DNA from: Rhynchopus sp. YZ270_cl-10
Taxonomy: Eukaryota
Reading direction: 5' to 3'
Assembly (NCBI GenBank): GCA_964035575.1
Contig: OZ037833.1
Location: 2,356,001-2,420,000 of the forward strand
Length of the DNA stretch: 64,000 bases
Shown here: one piece after another, positions 1 to 11,979 of the stretch
Layout of the letters: every line of letters starts with the position of its first letter
How positions within the stretch are numbered: the first letter of the stretch is position 1
Translations under genes and position numbers: made by a program
The notes under the pieces: model-generated
Databases searched by the model: none
The model's input: the letters and a program-made list of their open reading frames with translations, nothing else
Told to the model about the DNA's origin: nothing

Positions 1-433
1 GGCGTACTTAAACGTAACTAATCCCGAGTACGCCTCAGGCACGCCTGAGTATTTATTTTCAGGCCTTGGCGAGGCCGACTCGGCCTCGTTGCATTGTATG
101 TATTGTACCTTCTATGCGAATTGATAAAATAATATGGGAAGCGCAAATAATGGAGAAAATAATAGCTGTGAATCGTATCGTATGATTCTAGTTTTATAAA
201 CAAAATGAAATTTGTTTTATTGTGAAATGTTGTGTCTTATAGTTATGAGATGAGGGGCGGTTCACATCGTCACAGCAACCCCTCAAACGAAAGAAAACGA
301 AACCAATCAAAAAAATAAACACTATCTCGCCCCAGCCAGTTTTTTGCCCTCAGTCATAACTCCCGATGTATTTTTTCTCTTCCGGGACGTCTATTACTGC
401 AAGAAAGGGAAAAAAGGACATTTCCCCCTAAAA

Positions 434-462
434 ATGTGTGTGCACGAGAGGCACATTCATCT
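434..462 (+). promoter_or_regulatory. ACGAGAG-loop hairpin, stem type A (representative copy)
   Basis: ATGTG TGTGC ACGAGAG GCACA TT CATCT; similar copies at 12674, 47023, 60316 and 62731. Confidence 0.6.
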
Positions 463-1564
463 TTACTGCTAAGCATGAGAGGCTTAGTATCCTTTTTACC
501 AACTTTTTGTTTTTTTCCCCCGCGAACTTTTTTTGTTGCACCGATCGTCTACTGAGGGGGAGTCCGGTACAGCAAGGCATTGTACTTCAAAAAGAACCAC
601 AAATTGTCCTCAACTGGAGCTTTTATTATTATTATTTTTTGAAAGTACGGGCTTTGTATTTGAAGTCACATTTTTTGGATTTGTGGGGTCTGTTGCGCTT
701 TTTTTTTTTTGTGGTTTTATCTATCCAAGCAACAGTGTTCACCGAACTGAGTAACGACCTTCAAGCACACCTTCAATGGATCTAGTTTTGGCAGCGACCT
801 GCTCCTGACGAACGCCTTGGTGCAAAGGAACTAACTGCTGTGGTCGAACTCAATTCCTTTGATGACTCGAGGCCCCACCTTCCACCTGCTGTGTGATGTT
901 CTCCTGTACCCTGCACCGTCGCTCCTGAAGGATGTGACATTTGAGTGCATTCCCCGCTGGGTGATTGTCGCAACAAAACGAAAAGAAAAGAAAAAAAAAG
1001 TACACAAGCAAACTCTTTGAATCAGTCTGCTCATCTTCAAATTTGACAAGATGTGTATGCAGGAAGGCATATTCATCTGTTTCAAAAAAAAAATTCTGAC
1101 GATTGAAAAAATGTACGCACTCATGTGCGGCATATTCGTTTTCTGAACATTATCCACCCATTCTGTTAGGTGACTAAGCGCACAGCGAAACTTAGGTTCA
1201 TCTTGCAATATTTTTTTCCCCCCTCTCTAGTACCTGCGTGTGTCGGTGGAGGCGTTTGCACTTTCTCTTTTTTTTTCTTCTATTTTCGCGGCAGCTGTTT
1301 TCCCCCCCAAATCTTATGAGCTACATCTGTCTGTCCCTCCATTACCACATCTCCCGCCGTTTTTTCCCTTCTTTTTTTTTAAAGATGTGCGTGCGTCGCG
1401 AAAACCCATCTTTCCAAATTTTCTTTTAGTGCGAAATTATTATTTGTTTTCTTCCAGCGATTTTTTTTTTTCGGCAAAAAAAATTCACGCGCATTGCAAA
1501 ACAAAACCAAAACCAAATTAGGGGATGAAAGTTGTGTGGATTTATTCAATGAATCCTATAACTA

Positions 1565-1667
1565 CATGACGGTGAAGTTAATGACTTGACTTATGGTTTA
1601 CCGTTGGCTTACAACGGTGAAAACGACAAGTAAAACCACAAGTCAGGTCATTTGCTTCACCATCGTG
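1565..1667. repeat. imperfect ~35-bp inverted repeat (MITE-like)
   Basis: CATGACGGTGAAGTTAATGACTTGACTTATGGTTT pairs with AAACCACAAGTCAGGTCATTTGCTTCACCATCGTG. Confidence 0.6.
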
Positions 1668-2348
1668 TGGGCACTTCTTTTTTCACCCCCCTTCCCCCTT
1701 CCCCTTCCCCCCCTTTCCACCATTTGATGCATAGATGCTACAGGGTACTTTTGCCATCAGTGCAAAACCATCTCCGTTCCAACAATGTATCTGATTGAAA
1801 CCCTGCGACATAGAACTTCTGGTATGTCGTGTGTAATTTGAACATACGTAGAGGAAAGACAGGCCTCAAATCTTTGACGCTGTAAATGAGTCCGATTTTT
1901 TTCCAGTTTTTAGTGCTCATTTTAGGGGTTAACTCTAAAGAATTATATGACCACACCCACAGTCGAATAGATTTTTCTTTCTTGACATGGTTTGTCTTCT
2001 GAGGCTTATTTCCGTGTTTTTTTTCTTTTCTCTCTTTTCTTATTGTATTCTTACATCTCTCGTTCTCTTGAGTTCGACTACCCCTTCCCCTTCATTGTCA
2101 AACAAGACAATATCATGAAGGCATTCACAAAAAAACCACACGGTTTAAGTAAGCGTTGTTTTTGGAGAAATAATGCGGAAAAAATCTGTCTATTTTCTGT
2201 TTCTGTCAGTACCTGTTGTGTTAGAAAAGTGGGGCGGGGGGTGAGGTGTGTAGTGTTCTCACAGTACTATCGAACGCTGCATATTTTGATATTAGCGCTT
2301 TCCCTTTTCCCCTATTCTGGGCAAGGGATATTTTAACCGTGGCCTTTT

Positions 2349-2384
<36 letters not shown>

Positions 2385-2677
2385 GCTCAGAAAACCCCTC
2401 AAATGACTTTCTTGTTCTTCGTATTGTTGCTGAGAAGGTTATAGGGGGGTGGGGGTTTAAGCTCCCCGTTCTTTTCTTTTTGTGATATCTCTCCATTCAT
2501 CCATTCATCCATTCATTCTTTCCGGTTTTCTGTTGTATATGAACCAAGACCCAACCTTTATCATCTCTCTCCCCCCTCCCCTCTCTCTCTCCCCTCCTCC
2601 CCACATCAAGCCAACAGAAGGGACACAAACATTTTTGCAACATTGAGTGGCTTTCCAATTCAACCCCGTCTTTAGAA

Positions 2678-5600
2678 ATGCCTTGGGTACCTTGGGGGAA
2701 CAAAGGAAAGAACAAATTCACACCAGAGCATTTGTCAGGGCTGTGCAATGAGGTTATTAAGTATTCCGGGAACCCTACTGTGAACCATGCTATGATTGTG
2801 GACACATTGAAGGATATGGCACAGATTTTGGTGTGGGAGGATCAGCAGCAGGAGAATGAGAGCAGGATTTTTGATATTTTTCTTGAGCGCAATATGCTAC
2901 CTTATTTGACGGAGCTGCTGTGCAAACGCAGTTTGAACCCCGAGGTGCAGACGCAACTACTGCAAACACTTTATATCTTGATACAGAACATAAAGTCGCC
3001 GACCAGCATCTTCTATTTGCTCAGTGGCAATCACATCAACAAACTCATCATGTTCGAAGGCTTCGACTTTGACAGAGACGACGAGCTTCTCTCACACTTC
3101 ATCAACTTCCTCAAATCCCTCTCCCTCCGTCTCGATGAAGGCACCATCCAATGCTTCTACAACCGAGAAACCGATTCCTTCCCCTTGTACGTCGCCACCG
3201 AAAAATTCTTAAACAAGGACCTCGGAAATCCTTTAATGAAAGCTGCAACGAAAGCGATTGTCGTCCATATGTGTCAAGTCCCAGATGAATACGTTTTAAA
3301 CTATGTGATCCGCTCTGCGACTTACATTCGCACCCTTTTTAAGAGCATTGGGAATTTGCATAGTCAACTGGACGCTCTTTTAACGCCGTTTGAGGAGAGT
3401 GTGAACCACTATTTGCATCCAGCTGCGTTGCCGAAGCCTTTTAGCACTCCGGTTTCGCTTGTTGTTTTGAGTGGAGCGATTGAAGATGTGATGGAGGAGT
3501 ATTCCCACATTGACGATCTGCTCACAATACGCGAAAAGACTGTCCTTCGCCACTCCATCTTCGAGGAAACCGAACGCTTTGCGACCCACCTCGGGAGCCT
3601 TCTTCGCAGCGAACCTGGTACAGACGGTGTCATTGGCGCCGCAGTTCCCCGCTGCGTCTGCTTCTCCCTTACTGCGCAATGGTTCTATCAGATGCGCGAA
3701 GAAAAAATCTACGTCGAAATGGTTGCCCGCCTTCTTATGGGCAAAGACAAAGGAGTTGATATCGAACGTCCAAAATCTCCAGTCAAACCGGTTGTCAAGG
3801 TGCCTGCTGGAGCTGGTGACGTTGCATTGAGTCAAACACAGAGTGTTGATGCCGCAGAATCAGACTTTGAGGCAGCGACAGAAGCAAGCGCTGTGGAGAT
3901 GGAGGATGGGAAGACGACACCTCCTCCGGCACATATGGATCCAGCACCGCATCTCATTGAGCAGGAGACCTTGGGGAGGGATTTCTTTAACCCGGTGTGT
4001 CAATTAGCAAAACACTTCGATGATGGTTGGATTAGCGCTTCGCTGGACACTGCAGACGAAGACCCGAGAACCCCACAAAACGTCATCGCATTCATCCTCG
4101 CAATCCTCGAAAGCGCGGAGATCAACCGAACCGACACCCTTCTCGCCGAAACCGGGCTTCTCCCACGCCGCAAACGCACACCCCCTACTGCTTCGACTAT
4201 GACAGCATTCCAATCCCCAACTCCAACTACCACCACACCTACACCTGCTGCTGCGGAAGAAGCTGACGGAGAAGCTTCAGAAGGAGAAATTCCGCTTTCA
4301 GACTCACCTCTCCCTACCATGACTGAACCTGAGGGTGCGGGCACCCTTCCGACGATGCAGGGGTACAGCGAAGTGGATGTGCCTGAGATATTTGCGGAGG
4401 AGGTTCCAGAGCAGGCGCCACCGATTCCTGGGAGACAGCGGGATGAGGTGTGCTACGACGCAGAGTGGGCAGGGTTGCAGCAAGAAGGGGTGGACTACCC
4501 ATTCTTGACAGTCGAGATGCTTCTGTTGTACCTCTGCGAGACGGTGCGGCACCTCGACACGATGGGGCGGTTGGAGAGCATAGAAATGGCGTGCAGGGTG
4601 CTTACCTCTCTTCTTAAGGCAAGTGCTGATACTTCAGACAGCTTCGAATTGGATGCGCACCATGTAACTCTACTGCGCGATCTTTATCAGGTTTCTTGCT
4701 ACAATTTGCAACGACGATTCCATAAAATTAAAGCAAATCTTTCGCAAGAAGGGATGCTTGTTAGTCGGGAAGGTGGTGGAGGTGGTGGTGGAGGAGGTGT
4801 CCCCCCTCCCCCTCTCTCAAACGTCTCGCTCACCCAAGAAGACGAAATGGCAGTAAAGGAAGAGAAAGGGGCGGAAACACGGTCGCGTTCTCCTTCAACG
4901 TACTACGCGATTAATAACAATTCAATGGTGTTCCGGAACCCATCTCTTGCAGGGAATTTGTCGAATGCGCAGGGGCGGTCTATCACCGACCCCACGGAGG
5001 TGCTGTTCTACGTTTTGTCCAACCAACTGGATCTGTACCACAGTGTGAAGAACCAACGGTCGAAGAAACTTCTTGCGAATGAAACCACGCTGCTGCCCCC
5101 GCTTCCCTTGCATCTCGAGGAGAAGGACAAAGTGTCGTCACATAACCCAAGCTTTGCTGGGTCCTACCAACCTGCCACACGGTCGGCCCTCTCCTCTGGG
5201 GTGGAGTCCCCTTCCAAGGACGATGTTTACCTCTCACCAGAGGCCTCCGCTTCTTTTGCCAGCGGGAGTGTGACCGCCTCGGTGAGTGTGTCGTGTTCAC
5301 CTCCAGGGTCGCCGACGGGGAGAGTTCCGTTGCCAGGGCGGTATAGGATTATTGGTGCCAGTGGTGCGAAGGTGCGTCGTGGTGAAGCGATGGCAACCAA
5401 AATGTTGAAAAGGTTGCCTCAAGGATTAGAGGTGGATGTGGTGGAGGTGGTGGGGAGGAGAGCAAGGCTGTCGCGTCCGATAGATGGATGGGTGTCGCTT
5501 TGGGGTGGTGACAACGTACCGATTCTTGAGCCGGTCGATGGGGGCAACACCAATGCTGACTCGAGTGTAGGTGGTGTCGACGCAAGAGTCCCTGCCTGGA

Positions 5601-6731
5601 TTCAAAAGATCCCCCTCGAGTCCAGATGCCCCCTCGACGGCAGAACCAAAGACGAAGTCAGCAAGGTCGAAGCAACCGCCTTCCTCCTCATCAGATCTAT
5701 GGTGTTCAACCTGCTTAAACGTGAGGACACCATTGCGGAACACCTCAGGCAACCTCCGGCAGGGAAATACTCGGAGATGCTAGGCGAGTCTGTCAGCAAG
5801 GACGACCTGCAGGACCCTGTCAGGTGCCAGGTCTGCTTGCAACCTCTCCCGCAGCTTGGTTCCCCACCTTTAGCGACGACTGACCTCCTGGCTCGTACGG
5901 TATGTGATTTTTTTTGGTGTTGTGTTAGTGTTGATGTTGTACATTACTTTACTTTCACAGGGTAACGTCCTCTACATGTGCGTGAACGACACAGAGCTCC
6001 TACTTCTCAAAGATCACCCCTCAGAGCTCACTGAAGTGGTGGTTGTTGCCGCACTGCCACTCTTCTGCACATCTGCAGTGGTGGACCCGCAGCTCTCTTA
6101 TCGGTATGTGTGTGGGGTTGTGGATGGAAAAGAGAGAGAGATGGGGGTATATTCTTCGCGAGAGGGCTATCGTATTTCAAGTCAGCTTCTTCGTTGGTGT
6201 GTCGTGAAAGCGAGATTTCGACAGTGTCGATGTACAGAATTTTTTTTGGGGGGGAATGATAAAGACCTACCTCTTGGGTTGTCACTGCAACAAAACACCC
6301 TTCCCTTCTCAGGTTGTACATTAGATGCCGCAATTTCGGTTGTCTGCTGAAGCTTGAGACACAGCAGGTGTGCCAGCAAGCTGCAGCTAAGGTATGACAT
6401 TTTTGTTTTGCTTTTTCTAATTTACATTGTGCATTTGATTCAAATTTTTTTTGCAATTTGCAGTGCAATGTGAGCGTCATACATTTCCTCAAAATATTGC
6501 ATGACAATAGTATTTAGGGTCCGAAATGCCCGCTGTCTATATTACAGTCCAGGTACATCTGTACGTATCCCAACCTTTTTAAGGAATTAAGGACGTAATG
6601 TATCCCTATATTGCGATTTTTGTCGTATCCAATCCAAAACACAGTTTTCTTCTCTGTCGAACCGAATGCGCAAAGCGAAAACAACAGCGATGTGTCATGC
6701 ACTGCAGGATGGGAGAGGGCTCCATGCGTGA
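2678..6731 (+). CDS. CLEC16A: CLEC16A/GOP-1/TT9-like FPL-domain protein (4 exons: 2678-5899, 5961-6103, 6313-6391, 6645-6731)
   Basis: The N-terminus matches the FPL domain pattern (LVWEDQ..IFDIFLERNML..VQTQLLQTLYILIQNIKSPTSIFYLLSGNHINKLI..FDFDRDDELLSHFINFLKSLSLRLD..DSFPLY). Splicing at GTATG..AG introns 5900-5960, 6104-6312 and 6392-6644 gives an in-frame C-terminus (..RLYIRCRNFGCLLKLETQQVCQQAAAKFSSLSNRMRKAK..*) resembling the CLEC16A C-terminal region. The last exon is the least certain. Confidence 0.88.
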
Positions 6732-7275
6732 AAAGCAAGTAAAATGTAAACTGAACAGGGTTTTTTACGGGGGCGGGCGGGGGGAGGGTCAGAACTCTGA
6801 ACAACAGAAAAAGTGAAGAGACTGTACAGACAGCTACAGCTCGAGAAGGAGTGTCCTAGCCTTTGAGTGTCGTTGAACACAGAACCCACCTTTTGGTGAA
6901 TCTTAACAACGCTACAACAGAAAACTAGCAAATCATTCTAGCCTTTGAAAGGTAGCGTTGCACGTAGACACCTCTCTTTTTGACGTTGTTTTTCTTTTTT
7001 TGGCAATACTTCAATGAGACAGAGCGTATTCAATGCGATAAGCTCGTTTCTTTTCTGTGTGAACAAAGTAACTGTGTGTAGGGCTTTTTTATTGCTGGAA
7101 GGTTTCTATCTAGGTCGGTGGGTCGGTGTGGGGGTGTGAGGAAAACGAGTGCTATTCAGATGAAAGCAGCTGCAATGCCGAATCTTGTGTATTTTTTTTG
7201 AAATCTGTGTGCACACCAGGCACATTAGTCTTTGAGATTTTTTTTGACACCGATTCTATTTTTTTTTTTTTTGAA

Positions 7276-7307
7276 GGGTACACTGTCACGAGAGGGCTTT
7301 GTATTTC
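7276..7307 (+). promoter_or_regulatory. ACGAGAG-loop hairpin, stem type C (representative copy)
   Basis: GGGTACA CT GTC ACGAGAG GGC TT TGTATTTC; copies at 6143, 8216, 10321, 37936, 40082 and 43326. Confidence 0.6.
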
Positions 7308-8304
7308 AAGTCAACTTTTCTTTTGTGCGAGTAAGGCAAAATTTTTATCCCTGCATTTTACCCGCTGGACCTGACCTCCGCTGAGTCCCCCGTATTTTTA
7401 CTCGGTGATATTAGTGGAGTGGAAAGCCCTTTACTACAGAGCACAAAAACAATCGGTATTTTTTTTTATGTTGATTTTTGCGGGGAAGAGGGAAGTGGCA
7501 GTGGAGAGAGATCATATTTTTACAGCCCTTCACTTACAAATGATGTTTTTTTACGATAAACTAACTTTTTCTGACCTGTTGTGCCTTGGTATTGAGACTC
7601 GCCCTTTTTGCTTTAGTATTCCATCCCCCAGAACTGCCTCGACACAAAAGAACGGTGGAGATCATCCTCGGGTGTCTACACTAATACAACAAAAATAACG
7701 GAAGCATACAGGGTAGACAGGAAATTTTTTTTTCCAATTCTGATTCCGCTTTTTTGTGTTTTCTCTCCTTTATTTTTGTTTTTGCATTTATTTTTGAGTC
7801 TCGCCTGTGACCAAGTAGGTCCGGAGAAAGGAGGGTTTTTAGTGTTTTCTGAATATTTCTCAAAAGAAAAAGAAAAAAGAAAAAAGAAGGTTTTTTTTTA
7901 GTAGAGTGACAAAACAGAGACAATAATATTATAGTGAGTTTCCCCCAATACCCTCAATATCTCCCCCTTCCCAGTCCAATTGTCCGTTCTGTTCATTCTG
8001 TTCACGCCTTCATAGCTACACGTTTATCTATTTTCAGCCATCTCTGAGTGGAGAAAGTCGATGGCGGCTCAATCCCTCTTTTAAAAAAAAAAAACACAAG
8101 CGTTTTGTTTCTTTGGGGTTTGCCTGCCCACAGAGATTTACATTTTTTTTCCCTCCATACATTTTTAAACCGTTTCAAAAAAAGATGGCCACAGTAAGAT
8201 CTAGGTTTTGTTCTAGGGTACACTGTCACGAGAGGGTATTTCAACTTTTATTTTCTTGTGATGTTTCAAACAAAAGGCTGTATAATAAGATGTCTATAAC
8301 TATA

Positions 8305-10060
8305 CATAGCGCTCCACTTAGACTCTAACTAGATAATTAGAGTCGGCAGTTCGAGTATAATTAGAGTCTTTAAAACTCTAACTGAACTCTAATACTCTAA
8401 CTGGACTCTAATTAGAGTCTAATTAGAGTCCTATAAGAGGGTCAATAAAGAGGGGCACATCAATCAATGCTATAGCCATCAACCCAGGGGGCATAGCTAG
8501 TGCAAGAAATTCGACTTTGTAATCCAGAAAGTCTGTTCTCTGCTTGCAGAGAACCAGACACAAGAAAATATTGTTTGTTCCCCCAGAAAACCAGTGCACA
8601 ATTCACACTCCTTGTGGGTGGTCTTATTGCCTTTCCCTCCCTCCCTGGCCGGACCCCAGGGAGTTTACTTTCCGCAAAAAAATTTTTTTTTGGCAAAGAC
8701 AATTTTCAGCCAAAAAAAAATTTTTTTTTTGGGCTCACATGGGCCCAAAAATGCAACAAACCGAAAAATTTTGATGTTTTGAGCACCACATATTTACCAA
8801 CTGGTTACTTTCCCTTTGGGAAAGTGATCTCCCCGGGAAATCACTTTCCGGGGGGGGAAAATAGCACTTTTTTGCATTTTAACGCTCGGGAAAGTGCCTA
8901 GTCGGGAGGTAAAGCCTCATCCCTCCCTCCCAAGGCCCCTCGGGAACCCCTCGGGAAAACAAAAAATGCCTCGGGCCTTCGGCCCTCGCTGCATTTTTTA
9001 TTTTCCCTCTGGGATCCCTCGGGACCTATGGGAGGGAGGGAAATAGCTATTTTAGCACAGGCATTTTGGCCCAGGGGCATGCACTTGAAGCATGGCTATT
9101 TAGTGTGTATGGGGCAGTGTTGTTTTGTTATGAATTCTCTTTGGTATTGTCGATCGCGGGTAGTTGTTCAACGCGAGGCTTGGATCTCTCCTGGGTTCAT
9201 AAGTAGTATTTCTTCGGATGAAATGAACGTATGCTCGCTATAGATTTCCCGTCAACACAGCCTTTGATACTGGGATTACCCCTTCGACCCCTTAGTGGTA
9301 GTTAAATTCGATTGATATTTACATTCCTACAGATGAAAGAACAAGACACCACTTCTGTACCCGCGCATCAACATTTGTAGAAAATTTTGCACCCCAAACA
9401 CCTTCAATAATGCCCGCCAAAAGGCGCCCCTTGTTGCTGGGAGTTTCTCATGTTTGATACCTGCACAGCAGGCATTCCTCTGAGTCCAACGCTGCTTGGC
9501 CTGTCTGCGGCGTTGCACCGAAGGTGCACATAGAGTTTTTGCATCGCATTCCCTAATGTATGGGGCACTCACACTTGAGGGCATGTGCCACTGCGCGGGT
9601 CTGAGTACCTGGGTACCCATAGCTGAGAATAAGCCGAGTCCCGGTACTGGGTACTAGGTACAGTAGGACTAGGACTAGGCCCCCACCCTCCCGCGACCGG
9701 GTCCCCGACCCGCTTTCAGGCGGACCACAGCGCCTTCACATATTGTGTCCCAGTCCGGCTGAGAACTCGGTTCCCCAAGTCTTATTTTCAGCTATGTGGG
9801 TATCTGGGCACCTGGGTCCTACAGAGGAACCTTAGGGGAACCGGTTCCTTACGGCGTTTGCACCTACAAGAAGCCTGTTGTTTTACTCTAATTAGACTAT
9901 AATTAGAGTGTAGTTAGAGTCTAATTATGCTCTAACTGCACTCTAATTATAGTCTAATTGAAGAAAAGCGACTCTAATTATACTCTAACTGGACTCTAAC
10001 TGACTTGGCCCAAAATCCCAGACTCTAATTATACCCTAATACTCTAATTAGAGCGCTATG
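8305..10060. mobile_element. composite non-autonomous TIR element with ACTCTAA/TTAGAGT subterminal arrays
   Basis: TIR CATAGCGCTC / GAGCGCTATG flanked by TATA; dense ACTCTAA(T/C)T repeats at 8320-8430 and 9885-10050. Confidence 0.72.
9618..9796. mobile_element. small hAT-like MITE nested in the 8305-10060 element
   Basis: TIR CATAGCTGAGAATAAG / CTTATTTTCAGCTATG (1 mismatch); 8-bp flanks TGGGTACC and TGGGTATC. Confidence 0.65.
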
Positions 10061-10268
10061 TATATATAACCCTATGTTTCTATTTTTTGTTGGAAAAAAA
10101 AGGCTGGGAAAAGGGTATTTTATTTGCAAATATCGCTTTCCTTAGTCACTCACCCCCCACACACTACCGGGGCTTTTTTGAGTATTGGTTTTCTGTAATA
10201 TGCCAATCCTGATGTGTGTGCAGAGGAACATTTATTCAAAGGTTCGTTTCGGTCGACCTTATTGTTAA

Positions 10269-10303
10269 AAGGTGGCTAAGCACGAGAGGCTTAGGATCAT
10301 CTT
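10269..10303 (+). promoter_or_regulatory. ACGAGAG-loop hairpin, stem type B (representative copy)
   Basis: AAGGTGGC TAAGC ACGAGAG GCTTA GG ATCATCTT; near-identical copies at 36527-36561 and 45232-45267. Function inferred only. Confidence 0.6.
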
Positions 10304-10621
10304 ATAAACTTTTTCTGGTAGGGGGTACACTGTTCACGAGAGGGCTTTGTATTTCAACTCTGTTGTTTTCTTATTCTCTCTTTCTTTCAGCTCTTTTCAA
10401 TACCTCCCCAATTCGCCATATGGTATTGTGCCATGTCCAAGTAGAGCATGCAAACATGCACAATAAAAAAAAACATTGTTCCGAACGAACCGGAAAAAAA
10501 ATATGCAAAAACAAAGTCCAATTGACAACCAACAGGGTCCCTTCTTTTGCCCCACTTCTACCCCCCTCCTAATCATGGTTCACAGGGTAAAATCTGTTAT
10601 TTTTGTTATTTTGTTCCTGAA

Positions 10622-10783
10622 ATGGCTGAGGAATGTGACACCTCGCTTGTGGAGGACTGCGATGCGCATATTGGCGAGATTACCAAAATGCAGACACACA
10701 CCACCTCGCTTCGGCAGCAACTTCAAGACCTTGCAGCTGAAGTACAGACCAGCACCGCACACTGCAGAGAGCTGCTTGCTTAG
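10622..10783 (+). CDS. possible 53-aa small ORF or orphan terminal exon (MAEECDTSLVEDCDAHIGEITKMQ..)
   Basis: Balanced-GC, coding-like stretch within T-rich DNA; the peptide looks helical/coiled-coil. No recognised family. Confidence 0.3.
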   Translation: MAEECDTSLVEDCDAHIGEITKMQTHTTSLRQQLQDLAAEVQTSTAHCRELLA

Positions 10784-10928
10784 AACCCCTCTCCTCCCAA
10801 AGGTGATCACATCTCACCACCCCCGCCCCCCTAGATTATTAGATCCAAAAAGAACCGCCTTTAATTACCTTCCCACCTTCCTCACCCAAATATTCGAATT
10901 CAGGGCAAAGAAACTCATCAAAGAAACC

Positions 10929-11979
10929 ATGGGTCCCGCGCAAGGTAAAGAGTCGCGCGCAACGTATGACTCGCAGCGACGGAGGAGTGATAGGACGCCG
11001 CCCTCCGCTGAGGGGCAGCCGGCTATTCGGACGGAGGAGATCACGGCTACTGGGGGGGCGACACCGCCGGTGGACAAGCCTGTTGCTGCTGCTGCTTCGA
11101 CGGCACCTATTCCAGAGACAAAATCTCAAAATAAACGACAAACACCATCTGGCCTCAGCAGCATCAGCCTCCGCGCTGTTCAAGCAACCTGCAACAAAGG
11201 CGAAGGTGTCGCCACCGTTATCAAATGGCCCAACAACAAACCCGGCAAGGTCTCCGTCGAGGGCACCTTCACAAACTGGAACAAAGGGATAATAGAGCTT
11301 CAACGCAGCGACAGTGAATACATCTCCTTGGTCTATTTGCAGCCGGGGGTGCACGCATTTCGCTACGTCGTTGACGGGATGGAAGCCATCGACGAAGGAC
11401 AACCCAAGATCGAACATGAAAAGGGCCTCTTCAACACTATCACCATCCCCGAAGCGGGAGGGACCATCATGGTGAGTGATGAGGAATCGCCTGCAGGGTT
11501 TGCGTCAGGGACAGGGCCCAAGGTGTACTCCTCAGCGGACCCTATAGAACGCGAGAAGTACTCACAGACGCGCTGGCAGTTCGAAGAAACCCGCAAGCTG
11601 CCGCCCCTCTTCCCCCCTCACCTCCGCTTCACCCCTCTCACCTCCATGCCTCCCTCGGAGGGGCGCCCCACACAAGAGCGCGTCCTCCCCACACCCTACC
11701 ACGTCACAATCAACCATATGTACTTCCAAGCACGCGAAGATTACAACGTCATCGGTGCAACCTACCGCCACGGAGAAAAGTACGCGACTGTCGTATACTA
11801 TAGGTCCCAAGAAGTATGTTGGCGTATTTTTATGATGTCAAATGCTAAGGTTTGTATTTTTCAACATACTAATAAAAAAACAGGAAAGCGAGAAGGATGC
11901 GTTGAGAGGACATGCTGACCCCACCCTCGGAGTTTCTGAGCGACAGTTTATTGGTACCTCACGGGAACAGGATTACTAG
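10929..11979 (+). CDS. AMP-activated protein kinase beta subunit (CBM48 glycogen-binding + ASC domain); exons 10929-11813, 11884-11979
   Basis: CBM48-like segment VIKW..PGKVSVEGTFTNW..LQRSDSEY..LQPGVHAFRYVVDG, followed by the ASC-type PPLFPPHL..LPTPYHVTINHMY..GATYRHGEKYATVVYYR. The MG start at 10929 fits N-myristoylation. Intron 11814-11883 (gtatgt..acag). Confidence 0.88.

Noticed and set aside
10269..10303. Iron-responsive element or SECIS (tempting next to ferric-reductase-like genes)
   Set aside because: The loop is ACGAGAG rather than CAGUGN and the bulge is on the 3' side; there is no UGAN/GA quartet with AA loop and no in-frame UGA in nearby genes.
10476..10928. N-terminal extensions of ORF-track calls (10476, 13090, 30696, 37887, 40647)
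   Set aside because: These upstream parts are UTR-like; the downstream ATGs give signal peptides or the MG myristoylation start.
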